Positions 1 to 12,559 of a stretch of DNA of 64,000 bases are shown in pieces. This stretch comes from Azolla caroliniana (lineage: Eukaryota; Plantae; Polypodiophyta), in the NCBI GenBank assembly GCA_043228905.1, contig JBHGNT010000012.1:9734001-9798000 (forward strand), read 5' to 3'. Position 1 is the first letter of the stretch; each line of letters begins with the position of its first letter. Both the position numbers and the translations under genes were made by a program. The notes below the pieces were generated by a model. It worked only from the letters and a program-made list of their open reading frames with translations. It was not told the DNA's origin and ran no database searches.

Positions 1-592
1 GTTACCCTTCCGGTGGCGGTCAAGGAATGCTTTCCTTCGTCGCTGCTCGAGTTCCATCTGCATTAGGCTCACTATTTGGTGTTCCTCCAGCTCGCATAGT
101 TCTGCTAACCGGATTTTTTCCGACTTCTTCTTGCTTAGCCACTCCCGGACCTGTATCTGTAAGCTTGGAATCTGGAATTCAATTGGCATTACCGCTTCGA
201 GACCAAATGCTAACCAAAATGGTGTTGTCCGGATACTTGTTTTGTATGCCGTTCGGTAAGCCCATAACGCGTTGTCGTGCCTTTCAGCGCCAGATCATTG
301 CGTGAGTCATGTGCTTGATCCGGTTCTTACCGGGTTTCCTTACCTGTCCTCCTTGCCGGTTCCTCCTTCATCCGGTTCTCCTTACCGGGTCCTCCTTACA
401 GCTTCCTCCTTCATCCGGTTCTCCTTACCGGGTCCGCCTTACCGGTTACTCCTTCATCCGGTTCTCCTTACCCATCCAGAGCAACCAAAAAGCAATTTTC
501 ACGTAGTGTGCGAATTACACTACGACAACGCTGTGCAGCTTTGTATCCCAATTGGTTCGGTTCTCATTGACAACCTTTCAGAGAATGTTCTG
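1..592 (-). pseudogene. pol: G1 integrase C-terminal part, split by the 273-527 insert
   Basis: 1-272 and 528-592 align by eye with 44970-45285 of G3 (integrase C-terminus, ELEQRRRKAF). Confidence 0.8.
273..527. mobile_element. 255-bp solo-LTR-like insertion
   Basis: TGTCGT...ACGACA ends; decayed 4-bp TSD GCGT/ACGC restores the host length; internal TCATCCGGTTCTCCTTACC repeats; terminal hairpin shared with 54819-54851. Confidence 0.65.
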
Positions 593-1090
593 TGTTGTAC
601 ATAGGCCAAAAATATAAATACAAAATATGTAAACTCGCCGGTAGGTAGAAAAGTAGGTGAGGAAATAGGTAGAACTAAAATAGTCGCATTTTTAGCCCTC
701 ACAATCAGCCGACAACTCGGCTCTGTGTAACGAAGAAAACTATATAAACCGAGACCTGCATACCTCGAGAGAGATATACCTAGATTATTAGCAAGATTAA
801 TATAGTAGCGCTTGGCTCTGCACGAGACTGGTTCCGGCCAAGAGCCGTGTACTGTATTCACTGTGAGCTTTCTCATTTAATATATATCTTGCTCTTACTG
901 TTCCTTCATCTGTGTGTTCTTCCCGTACTCGTAATCGTAGCTACGTCTACGTCTATTGGGTTATAGCTCATGTACACTCCCCATTCTTTTGATGTCTTCT
1001 CGGTGTAGAAGAAGCCTTGATGTAACACGACCCCTTGATACCGATAGCCGGTGGGCTCATCGTAGGTGTTTTCTCCAAAAAAGGTTAACT
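593..1090 (+). repeat. G2 5' LTR
   Basis: Direct repeat of 15323-15820; TATATAAA at 741-748. Confidence 0.92.
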
Positions 1091-1095
1091 CAATT

Positions 1096-1108
1096 TGCCA
1101 TGCCCAGT
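1096..1108 (+). promoter_or_regulatory. G2 PBS, decayed, tRNA-Arg(UCU) type
   Basis: TGCCATGCCCAGT differs at two positions from TGGCACGCCCAGT; 5 nt after the LTR. Confidence 0.55.
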
Positions 1109-1412
1109 TATAGTTGTAAGGTCACAACAAACTACGTAGGAGGCAAACTCAGTTGCCATTACGGCGCCCAATCGCATCACGCGGTCTCGGCCACCTACCC
1201 GACGCCTTGAGCCAGTCGAAGGAACTTCCGACTCGGCGGTCACTGACCAATCTTTCCAGGAACTATTTGAGGCGCACTGGTTGCAATCCTCGCCACCCGA
1301 TACCTAGTCGCGAGTTGATTCCACACCGATCTCCCCGCCAAGCCCTCTAGAGGTCACCCAATCTGACCCTAACCCTTTCTCGGATTTACCTGAAAACCCG
1401 GATCTCCATACC

Positions 1413-2711
1413 ATGCCTTACCCTTACCCACGTTATACAGATGCACCAGAGTCAGAATCGCACACCCGTGCTTTCGTGTCCACATGGCAGGCCAACCACT
1501 CGACGTAGCGGTTATCGGCTAACGAAATTGAGTCCTCCAAAAACGTGGAATTTGCTCTATCCCTCAATGGCCCGACTGCTCGATGGTATTCTCGCCTCGA
1601 CGCGGGGGAGGTCACAACATTCCAGGACGTCCGAACTAAGTTTCTAGAATTATTTCACCGCGAAGTTCCGAAGCGGGAACTGCTCTGGCAGTTCTTTTCC
1701 ATGAGCCAGGAACCTCATGAGACGGTCGCCCAGTTCACGATCCGGTTTCAGGATCTCTACCGACAACTGGCCGACGATGTCTCAGCACATCACATTCCGG
1801 ATACTTTCCTTTCCAGCCTATGGGAGGGAGCCTCTACGGACGACTCTCGCACTTACCAATTTCTCTAAACAGACAATCGAGCAAGTCATCGCACGCGTCC
1901 TCGCCATCGATCGGACACAACATAGCACGACTTTCTCCATGGGCTCTTTGCAAAGCACCCTTCCTCAGGAGGACAATCGTTTCCGACAAGCCATCCAATG
2001 CATAGCCTGCTCGGGCTCGGGCTATCTGGCTCTCGAGTGCCCTCAACGGCCACATTGTCCAATCTGTCAGTTCCGATCTCACACGATCGAATAATGTGAC
2101 CATCGTGACCAATACCACGATGAACAATATAGAGCAAACGACGAGTATGACCGGTATGACTACGACCAGGATGACCGGTATTATCAAGCGGTATTCACGA
2201 AACGATACAAGGAACTCTCACAGAGGTTCACGGAACAATCGACGGCATAACGACTATCGTCGTCGGGACCATCTGTGGGACGCCCTTACTAGTTCCGAGA
2301 TCTCGCTGCCATTGCATAAGCTTTTATCGCTCATGCCGCACTTTCGGGATACATTGGTTACGCTCACAACTAACACCAAATCGGTCGCACCCCCTATTAA
2401 CCTGACAGAGCCAGGGACGGGCCCACCCCTCATGGATTCTCAAAATCTAGCCGTGAAAATCATGATTAAGGGACGCGACCTTCAGGGATGCATAATCGAC
2501 GGTGGCTCCGGCGTGAACGTCATCAGCGAGGCCACATGTCACACACTCGGTCTGAACTAGTGGGAACCTTGCCCCTTTTGGCTTCGGATGGCCGATACGC
2601 GATCGGTTCGCCCCATAGGGTTAATCCGCCACCTCGACTTCATGTTAGGAGCCACATGTTCACTATCTCGGTAGTCGTGTTACGCCTCGAAGCCCCGAGC
2701 GCCTACCCAAT
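1413..2711 (+). pseudogene. gag: G2 gag and aspartic protease, frameshifted with stops
   Basis: MPYPYP start; gag core FALSLNGPTARWY..FLELFHR; knuckle relics CIACSGSGYLALEC and CPICQFRSH; protease IIDGGSG. Confidence 0.85.
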
Positions 2712-3157
2712 TGACGGGAACTCAACCCTCTTTATCCGCAACGCTTGGCCACAACCGAGCTTAGAATCATACACAGAAAATGGGAAATAATAAACGACAC
2801 AAAGAAGAGAAGAGTACACAGGAGGTTTACGTGGAAAACCCCAAACTAGGGGAAAAACCACGGCAGCCCACAGGGTGCAAACTGTCACTATGTAAGAATG
2901 TATAACAGTGAGTTCACGGAGGCAACGACCTCGTGCTCACTATCTTCGGCACAGGCGGCGGTTACAACTGAGGCAACGACCTCTATCTCTCTCTCTCTCT
3001 CTCTGTACATTGTTACGCGCACTAATCTCGTGCAGAACAAGAATGACAACTACAAACTAAAAGTTTGCCCTAAGTCATATTTATACTAATATGACTTTTC
3101 GGCTATTTACAAATATAGCCATGATGGACTCTCAGAAACATATTTACGAATATGTCT

Positions 3158-3470
3158 CTTCATCCGGTTCTCACCGGGTCTGCACCATCCGGCTCTCCGT
3201 AGCCGAGTACTCCTCATCCGGTTCTCACCGGGTCTGTACCATCCGGTTCTCCGTAGCCGGGTACTCCTCATCCGGTCTTCACCGGGTCTATACCATCCGG
3301 CTCTCCGTAGCCGGGTACTCCTCATCCGGTCTTCACCGGGTCTGTATCATCCGGCTCTCCGTAGTCGGGTACTCCTCATCCGGTCTGTATCATCCGGCTC
3401 TCCGTAGTCGGGTACTCCTCATCCGGTCTGTATCATCCGGCTCTCCGTAGCCGGGTACTCATCATCTGGT
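3158..3470. repeat. ~54-bp tandem repeat in the C1 3' LTR (U3)
   Basis: TCATCCGG recurs at 3160, 3214, 3268, 3322, 3376, then shorter units. Confidence 0.85.
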
Positions 3471-3549
3471 TTAGGGACTGTTCTTCTCCCTTCCCATCCG
3501 GAGGGACCTGTCTCCCAACAAACTCCCCCTTCAATCTGGCATGGGGTTT

Positions 3550-6500
3550 CTTACCAGTCCGATCCTCTTCCGGCATGCATCCAGCTTGTCGGGTATCAAC
3601 ACTTTGGTCAGCATATCTGACCCGTTCTCGGCCATGTTGATCTTCGTCAGCGCGAACTCCTGGTCATCTACTCTTTCCCGAATCCAGTGATACCTTCACT
3701 GGATATGCTTCATCCGGGAATGGTAGGCCACATTCTTAGCAAGGTGGATGGCACTTTGACTGTCGCAATAGAGCTGGTATTCATCTTGTTAGATACCGAG
3801 CTCTCCGATGAAGTCCTTCATCCATAATATTTCCTTGCTAGCTTCCACAGCCGCCATGTACTCTGCCTCCGTGGTTGAAAACGCAACCGTCTTCTGCAGC
3901 CTCGACTGCCACGAAATAGCTCCCCCTGCATATGTCATTACATACCCAGATGTGGACCGGCTGGTATCCACATCAGCCGACATGTCCGAATCGGTGAAAC
4001 CGTCAAGTTGAGGTTTTCCGGAGCCGAATCGGAGACACATATTTGAAGTGCCCTTCAAATACCGGAGTATCCATTTGATCGCGTTCCAGTGCTCCTTGCC
4101 GGGATTGCTCATGAACCGGCTCACCACTTTGACTGCGTATCCTATATCCGGTCGGGTACAAACCATTGCGTACATCAAGCTCCCGACGGCAAAGGCATAT
4201 GGAATCTTCATCATATCCGCCTTCTCTGCTTTCGTCTTCGGGCTTTGCTTACCGGATAACTTGCAGTTTGCCGGAAGTGTCGATCCGACCGGTTTCGCAT
4301 CTGACATGTTGAACCGGTGAAGCACCTTTGTCACATACTTCTCCTGTGACAGCCATAATTGCTTCGCTGACTGGTCCCGAGTGATGTGCATCCCCAACAT
4401 CTATCTTGCCGGACCCAAGTCTTTCATTGAGAAGGTCCGGTTGAGAGCCTTCTTCAGCATCCGTATTTTGACTTGGTCCCGTTCGACGATCAACATGTCG
4501 TCCACGTACAGAAGGAGTATCAGGAAGTCGCCTCCTTCGAACTTCTTCACAAACACGCAATGATCGGCCTTTGTCTTGTGGTACCCTTGATCGGTCATGA
4601 AGGAATCGAATTTCCGGTACCATTGCCGGGGGGCCTGCTTTAACCCGTAGAGGCTCTTCTTCAATCGGCAAACCAAGTGCTCCTTCCCTTTCTCCACGAA
4701 TCCTTCCGGTTGCTGCATGTAGATCTCCTCTTCGAGGTCACCGTGAAGGAATGTTGTCTTCACGTCTAGCTGCTCTACCTCGAGGTCCATGCTTGCCGCT
4801 ATACTCAGCATCGTCCGGATGGAGGTCCTCTTTACTATCGGGGCAAATATCTCGTCGAAGTCCACGCCCTTCTTCTGCTGGAACCCCTTCACCACCATCC
4901 TAGCTTTGTATCTCGGGGGGTTGCCGGCAGCTCCCGGTTTCAACTTGTACACCCACTAGTTTCGGAGTGCCCGCTTTCCTTTCGGCAACTCCACCAATTC
5001 GTACGTATGGTTCTCATGCTAGGAATCCATCTCGTCCTGCATGACACTTAACCATTTTCGGTTGTGGGTGTCATCCTTCGCTTCTTCGAAGCTTTCCGGC
5101 TCCCCCTCATCGGTTAGTAGAACATGTTCTGCATCCGGAAATCTCTGGGGGGCCCTTCTCTCTCTAAGAGGATATCTCCGTCTTCAGGCTTCGGTAACCG
5201 GCTCCTCCATTTGCTCTTCATCCGAATCTAATTCGGGGTCTTGGCCGGTTCCGGTTTCGGCTTCCTCTACTTCTTCTTCTGCCGGTTCGATATCCTCATC
5301 GCAACCGGCCGGCTCCTCGAGTGCTAATCGGTCTCTTGCCGGTTGGGTCTGTTCATTGTAGAGTTTATCCTTACCGGTCGACTTGGAGTTCATTATCTTC
5401 TTCCCCGACTCCTAGTCGGCGAGCGTCTTGTTTTCCATGAAGATAATATCTCGACTCAGGAATACCTTCTTGTCGACCGGGTCCCACACTCGGTAGCCGA
5501 ACTCATCATCGCCGTAACCAAGGAATATGCATGGCCGGGTCTTTGGATCTAACTTTCCTCTCCGGTCCTTAGCTACATGCACGTACGCGAGACACCCGAA
5601 CACCTTCAGATGCCAGTAGGACACTTCCTTACCGTTCCAAACTCTCTGTGGTGTGTCTCCGTCCAAGGGTATTGAGGGTGATCTGTTTATCATGTATGTC
5701 GCCGTCGACAATGCCTCAGCCCAAAACTTCTTGGGTAGTTTTGCATGCGCTAGCATACTCCGGACCCTCTTCATTATGGTCCGGTTCATCCTCTCGGCCA
5801 ACCTGTTTAGTTCCGGTGTCTTTGGCACGGTAAATTCGAGCTGGATTCCCTTCGAGTGGCAGTACTCCTTGAACTACCCCTGGTATTCTCCTCCGTTATC
5901 TGCTCGAACCGCCTTCAGCTTCCGGTTGGTTTCTCTTTCCACTCTCGCGTGGAGCTCCTTGAAGACGGATAACACCTGATCCTTCGTCTTCAACGGTGTG
6001 GCCCACAGCTTCCGGCTGTGGTCATCTATGAATGTCACGAAGTACTACGCTCCGGCATGTGACTTCGTGTCGACTTGACACACATCCGTATACACCAACT
6101 CCATTGGTGCATTACGTCTCATCGGTGGCCTTGGTCGGAAGGAGGTCCGGTTCTGCTTACCGGCCAGACAATCAGTGCATTTCTGTAAGTGCACGTTCTT
6201 CACTGGAATGAGGTTGTCGTCTGCAAGCCTCTTCATCCCCTTCTCGCTCATATGACACAGCCTCTTGTGCCACAGCTCACCGGCAATGTCGGATGCCACG
6301 TTCACTTCTTCCGGGCATAACCGGGCATTCATCAGGTACAGTGTGTTTACCTTCCGGGACCGAGCCACAATCAGGCTCCCTTTGCTAAACTTCATGACAC
6401 CATTCCGGATGCTACCCGTGTAGCCCTCATCATTTAGCCGACCGGCTGATATCAGGTTCAGTCGAACCTCCGGAACGTGTTGGACATCCCTCAGCAGCAA

Positions 6501-7578
6501 CTTGCATCCTGTTGGTGTCGATAGCCACACGTCTCCTATGCCGACAATTCGGCATGTACCTTCATTCCCCATCTGGACACAGCCGTGATCACCGGCTGAG
6601 TAGGATGAGAAGCATTTCCGGTCCGGGGTAAGGTGGAACGACGCTCCGGAGTCTACCACCCAGGTCATCTCGTCGCCGGCAAGGTTTATCTCACTCTCCT
6701 CAGTGATGAGCATCAACTCCTCTTCACTTGCCGCGATTGCCGTCGTTCCCTTCCGGTATGGTCCCCTACGGTCTTTACCGTTCCGGTCCGGTGTCCGCTT
6801 CGAATCGGTGTTGTAGGTTTCCTTGTCTTTACGGAAGTGCCAACAGTTCTTCTGGAAGTGTCCCGGCTTGCCACAATAGAAGCAAGTAGGCCTCCCCCTC
6901 GACTTTGACCGTGTCCTCGACTTCTCCCGGTTCTGGGGACTACGGTTTCTGTGTCTTCCGCGTTTCGATTCGTTAAGGAGCGCTTTGGAGTCGGAGCTCG
7001 TATCCTTATCTTTCCGACGCGCCTCCTCATCCAGCAAGCTCGACTTCACTCTTGCTAGGGATAACCGTTTTCCTTCCGGCCCGGTGTTGCCCAAAGTGAC
7101 GACCAACGTCTCCCAGCTATCCGGGAGGGAACCGAGCAGGAGTAGTGCTAGTGCCTCGTCGGCGAGAGGTACTTCCAATGATGTTGCCTGGTGTATCAAC
7201 CCCTGGAAGGCATTCATGTGCTCCACCATGCTGGAGCCATCTTGGTACCGGAGTCTTACTAGCTTCCGGAATTACCGAAACCTGATTAACAGCATTTTTG
7301 TTTTGAAACATTATGCCGATCTTCTCCCAGAGCTCATGAACCTTGCTCTCTTCATTGAAGTTGTTGTACAGGCTCATGTCGATGAAGCACCGTATGTACG
7401 CCGTTGTCTTCATGTGCATCACCACCCATATCGCGGCGTCGATTTTGTCCGATCTCTTGTCCCCGAACTGAACCGGCAGCCAAAGGTCTTTAACCACGAG
7501 CATGTCCCTCATCTTCGACTTCCACACTGAATAGTTGGAGCCGGTGAGCTTGAACATGCCGCCAAACGATTCGTCCAT
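3550..7578 (-). pseudogene. pol: C1 gag-pol (gag, CCHC knuckle, PR, INT, RT, RNase H)
   Basis: CFYCGKPGHFQKNC; WVVDSGAS; LWHKRLCH; LLLYVDDM; DSDM..RSTSG; several premature stops and frameshifts. Confidence 0.93.
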
Positions 7579-8264
7579 TTTCTGTGTCGTTTCGCTCTGA
7601 TACCACTTGACGGGAACTCAACCCTCTTTATCCGCAACGCTCAGCCACAATCAAGCTTAGAATCATACACAAAAAACGGGAAATAATAAACAACACAAAG
7701 AAGAGAAGAGTACACAGGAGGTTTACGTGGAAAACCCCAAACTAGGGGAAAAACCACGGCAGCCCACAGGCTGCAAACTGTCACTATGTAAGAATGTACA
7801 ATAGTGAGTTCACGGAGGCAACGACCTTGTGCTCACTATCTTCGCCACAGGCGGCGGTTACAACTGAGGCAACGACCTCTATCTCTCTCTCTGGTTTCCC
7901 ATCCGGAAGGACCTGTCTCCCAACACCAATGCTTCTTGGACGACCCGGGTTGCGCACAACAAATATTAAGCAACATTGGCAGCGAAATATGATCTCTTTC
8001 CGCCGGGGGAAGACCAAAGTACGGTTAATAACAAAAGAACGCCTGACCACGCCCTTATACGCGGAAGGGGTACACATGCTCGACGGATTAGCCGACGACG
8101 AGGTGGATGACTTCCTGGAAGATCATCCCACTATCATACCCCTGTTCGAAATAGATGCCATCTCGGCCTTTGGCACACCACCGGACGAGGATGTCACGGA
8201 AGGTTGACTTCCCCAGGATGAGCCCGATTCCACAACTATCGCGTAATTTCGACATGCTCGGGAC

Positions 8265-9122
8265 CAAGGTTGTTAGGTACGTTAGGTACGGTACGGATAC
8301 CATACGTATTTAACGTATTAATACCCGTATATTACCTCCCAATTTAAAAATACGTTAAATACGTTTTCTTAATATGTTAAATACTTATGAAATACGTATT
8401 TTACGTATAGTACGTTAAATACTTCTAGAATTTGAAAATTATTTACCTTTCTAAACAATATCTATAATATTGTAAAAAACATCTATGTTTACACAATTTT
8501 GTGATGTACAATATAGTTCTACATCCTAAAATGCATATAAGACATTTGAACATTTCACATCCTAAAATATTTGTAGTAATATGGATGTCGACATTCCCTT
8601 ATTCTATAAATCAGTGTAAGTGTGTATCACGATGTTCTACTTCAAATTGTAATTATTTACAATTATGCATTCATAGATTGAGGAATCATCTACGATCATC
8701 ATGCTCATGATAGGTTTCTCTTTTCTTCGTTTTCTTCTTCTTCTTCTTCTTCTTCTTCTTCTTCTTCTTCTATCTTCTGCGATTATGACACTCAAGACAA
8801 GTTTTTTTCTTCTCTTCTCTCTTCTTCTTCTTCTTCTTCTTCTTCTTCTTCATTGTCGTCGTGTCTTCTATTCTTCTATTCTTCCTTCCTTTGGCTTCTT
8901 TTTCACTAAAATCTTTTTCTTCTTTTGCTTTTTGTTAGTGTTTTACTTACATTTTCTTTATAAATACGTATTATACCTGTTTTTTTATAAATATGTTAAA
9001 TACCATATTGGAGAAACGTACATGATATTTGACTAAACAACATTGAGGTATAGTACGTACTATTCAAATGATGAGGTACTATACGTATTTAAACGTTAAA
9101 TACAGGTACGTAAACAACCATG
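8265..9122. mobile_element. Non-autonomous hAT-type DNA transposon (MITE-like)
   Basis: TIRs CAAGGTTGTT / AACAACCATG; perfect 8-bp TSD CTCGGGAC (8257-8264, 9123-9130); TACG/ACGT-rich subterminal repeats; AT-rich interior. Confidence 0.88.
8733..8851. repeat. Two (CTT)n microsatellite tracts inside the MITE
   Basis: Directly visible. Confidence 0.9.
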
Positions 9123-9130
9123 CTCGGGAC

Positions 9131-11930
9131 GCGTTTGAATGAGAACTCGCCATCTCCCAGCGAGTCAAAGTAGGAACGCTCGAGTCACTTAACCTCGGCT
9201 CCGACGAGAACCCGCGTACACTATATTACCAACCGACGAATGGTTAGCCCTCATATGCCTGTTCATGAATTATCAGGATGTATTCGCATGGTCTTATTGT
9301 GAATGTCCAAGGGATGTAAGTGGGAAAGTATGACGCTCGGCTGGTCCAACAACGACGATACCATATGAACCCCAACTACGCGGCTAAGGTCAAAGAGGAG
9401 ATCGACAAGCTCCTCTGAGTAGGTTTTATACGCCCAGTAAAAAAATCCACATGGTTAAGCCCAATCGTCGTCGTCCCCAAGAAAAATGGGAAAATCCGTG
9501 TTTGCGTGAATACTGCAAACTCAATGCCGCGACAGTCACGGATGGGTTTCCTCTCCCATTCACGGATAGTGTCCTCGACACGGTGGCTGGTCATGAATGC
9601 TACAGTTTTCTAAATGGGTTCAACGGCTATAACCAAATTAGAATGCACCCGGACGATCAGGAGAAAACGGCGTTTGTCATGGAAGCAATCAGAATGCACC
9701 CGGACGATCAGGAGAAAACGGCGTGTGTCTTCGTGGCCGAGGTAATGATGTTCGGACTAAAAACGGCACCGGCCACATTCCAGCGCATCATCATGGAGAT
9801 TTTCAACGAGTATATCCCGGCGTTCATGCAAGTTTTCCTCGATGAATTTGCCGTGTATGGCCAGCGGCTGGAGCATATGACCCAGTTACGCCTCTGTCTC
9901 TATCGATGTCGACAAGTTCGGTTGAGCTTAAATCCGGCAAAATGTGCGTTCTTGGTGACAAGCGGAAACCTGCTCGACCACATAGTCAGTCAGAAAGGTA
10001 TCGCCATGGACCCGGATAAAGTGCAAGCCATTCTGAACGCTCCGACGCCCTCTACGACGAAGGCCCTCAGCCGATTCTTGGGACAAATCAAATGGCATAA
10101 CCGGATGTTACGACACCTAGCCGATTTCGTGACTCCATTGCACACAGTTCTGCATAGACTCCCATTTTAGTGGTCTTCAATAAAAGACGAGGCTTACTAA
10201 TCCTTGAAATTAATGCTCTCCCATGCCCCTGTTGTACAACAACCAGTCTGGTCGGAACCTTTTCACGTCTTCGTAGACGCATTAGATATAGCCATCGGAA
10301 GCGCACACCACCAAATTGGTATCAGCCAGTGTATTACGCTAGCCGACGACTCTCGGCCGTAGAAAAAAACTACTCAACAACTGAACGCGAGGCCCTCAGT
10401 ATGGTCTACAACATCAACAAATTCCGGCATTACCTCTAGGGCCAGAAATTCACATTCCACGTCGACCACTCGGCTCTCCTCTACTTGGTAAAAAAACAAG
10501 CCCTCACAGGTCACCTGGCCCGATGGATGCTCCTGCTACAAGAGTTTGATTTTTAGATCCTGCACCGGCCTGGAGTCCAACACACCGTAGCTGACTACCT
10601 GAGCCGCCTCGAGTCAAGAGAACCAACCGAGTCCACGTACGATGATCTACCCGACACCGCCCTTTTTAGTCTCGCAATGGTGCTAGACGAAAATGAAGAT
10701 GAATGGAGCACTGAGATGACCCATTTCCTCAGCACCGGCCTTCCTCCCGACCACTTGACCCTCGAAGCTCGGAAACGACTAGTTATCTGGAGCCGAAACT
10801 TTTGTCTGGTCTCCAACACCCTCTACACAAAGGCTCAGACGACATCTGGCACCGTGGAATCCATCAATTCAAGAAACACGCAATCCTCCAAGAGGCACAT
10901 CACGGAATCGCAGGGGGGTCATTACGCTGGAGAGTCCACGACAAGAAAAATATGATAGAGTGGCTTATGGTGGCCTACAACGAAAAAAGATGCTCATGAA
11001 TTCTGTCCACAGTGCGATTTGTGTCAATGCATGGGACAACCGACCGAGCAAGGCCGGATGCCGCACCAACCCATCCTCCCGTTAGAACCATTTCAAAAGT
11101 GGGGGTTAGATTTTGTGGGACCTTTCAAACCAGCCGCGGCTCACACCGGTAATAAATATATAATCGTGGCTACAGACTATTGCACAAAATGGGTCGAGGC
11201 TAAGGCACTACGGGACAACACGACTGCATCCACGACAAAGTTCATTTACGAACATCTATGGTGCCGTTATGGATCCCCAATCAAGCTCATTAGTGACCAA
11301 GGTGGGCATTTTATAAACCACATAATTCAGGAGCTCACTACACACTACGCGGTCGTACATAAGAAAAGTACACCATACTATCCTCAGGCAAACGGATTGG
11401 TGGAATCTACTAATAAAATTTTGCAAACAGTCCTGAAAAAGATCGTCAATGAGAACCGCGTTGATTGGGATGACAAGCTCCAGAGTGCATTATGGGTGTA
11501 TCGCACCACATTTTAAACTAGCATTCAATCTACACCCTTTCGGATGGCATTTGGTTTTGAAGTAGTCATGCCGATCGAGTTCCAAGTTCCGAGTCTCCGA
11601 GTTCAGGTTAAGGAAAGGCTACCCGAGTCCCAATTAGAGCAATATCAGCTCGAACAACTCCTCAAACTTAGCCAATATAGAGTGGCCAACATGGCTCAAC
11701 TGGAACAACGCCAACGCAAAGCCTTCGTAGATCGTCACCAGAAAGGTACGAAGAAAGCATTTAGCATCAACAAACCGGTACTCGTCTTCCAAACACGCTT
11801 CGGTGCCATGCCGGGGAAATTACTATTCCGATGGACAAGCCCCTTCTGGATAATCGACGAGTTTAACGGCACATTCCAACTTGGCACACTTGCCGGACAC
11901 ATCGTCAAAAGTTGGGTAAATAGATTTTGA
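9131..11930 (+). pseudogene. pol: G2 pol: RT, RNase H, integrase
   Basis: YSFLNGFNGYNQI; VFLDEF (decayed FLDD); NYSTTEREAL; [18 protein letters not shown]; in-frame 51-bp duplication near 9640-9724. Confidence 0.92.
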
Positions 11931-12559
11931 CTTCGACCTTACCAAGGAAATACCCTAGATAATCCCTTCACCGAGTCTCACGGCACGGACCAGTTCACGG
12001 ACGATACCACGAAGGAGTCCACGTGCCCGCATCGGTAAAATAATGACCTACCCACCAAAATTGTATATTAGGTAAAATTAGGAATAGTTTTAGGATTTAA
12101 ATTAGGCTTACCTAAACCACCTAACAAATCACCCCAAATCACGAAAATTTCTTAGGAGCACAAACTAGTCATCTTCACATTAAAGTAGAGTATTTAAGGA
12201 ACATGCACACCCCACAAGGCAAAGCACTCCTGTGATGCGTGGCCATAATACCTTATTATGGCAGCCACAACCAAGAATCTAAAGGATCTTCTCCCTGCAC
12301 AAAACCCTAGGCGGTCACATAAAAGAAGCTACCCCACACACAACACGCCCACTCACACAGAAGCTTTCTTGCCTTCACAACCTTCAAGCTCCCAAGCTCT
12401 CTCTCGTTCTCATCGCTCCCACAAACGTGCCTTCTCTCGCCCTCGTAGCCCCAACAACAATTTCCTCCCCAACAATCTTCTTCCATCTCTCTGTCTCGCC
12501 CTCGTCTCATCGCCCCCTCCCCCCGCATTCTCCCTGTCAGCAAACCATCGAGTCCACCA

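Larger units (their letters stand above)
2712..7925 (-). mobile_element. C1: Ty1/Copia element (Tnt1/Tork-like), degenerate
   Basis: LTRs 2712-3520 and 7608-7925 (TG..CA; 5' LTR has a ~490-bp internal deletion); perfect TSD CCAAT; PBS TGGTATCAGAGC (Met-i) 7594-7605; PPT GAAGGGGGAG next to 3520. Confidence 0.95.

Noticed and set aside
497-527. Helitron 3' hairpin
   Set aside because: Ends in GACA, not CTRR; has TG..CA inverted ends and a probable TSD; no A/T insertion site.
3091-3450. Repetitive-protein ORF
   Set aside because: Translation of the 54-bp tandem repeat in the C1 LTR.
8701-9036. Leu-rich membrane-protein ORF
   Set aside because: Translation of (CTT)n microsatellites inside a MITE.
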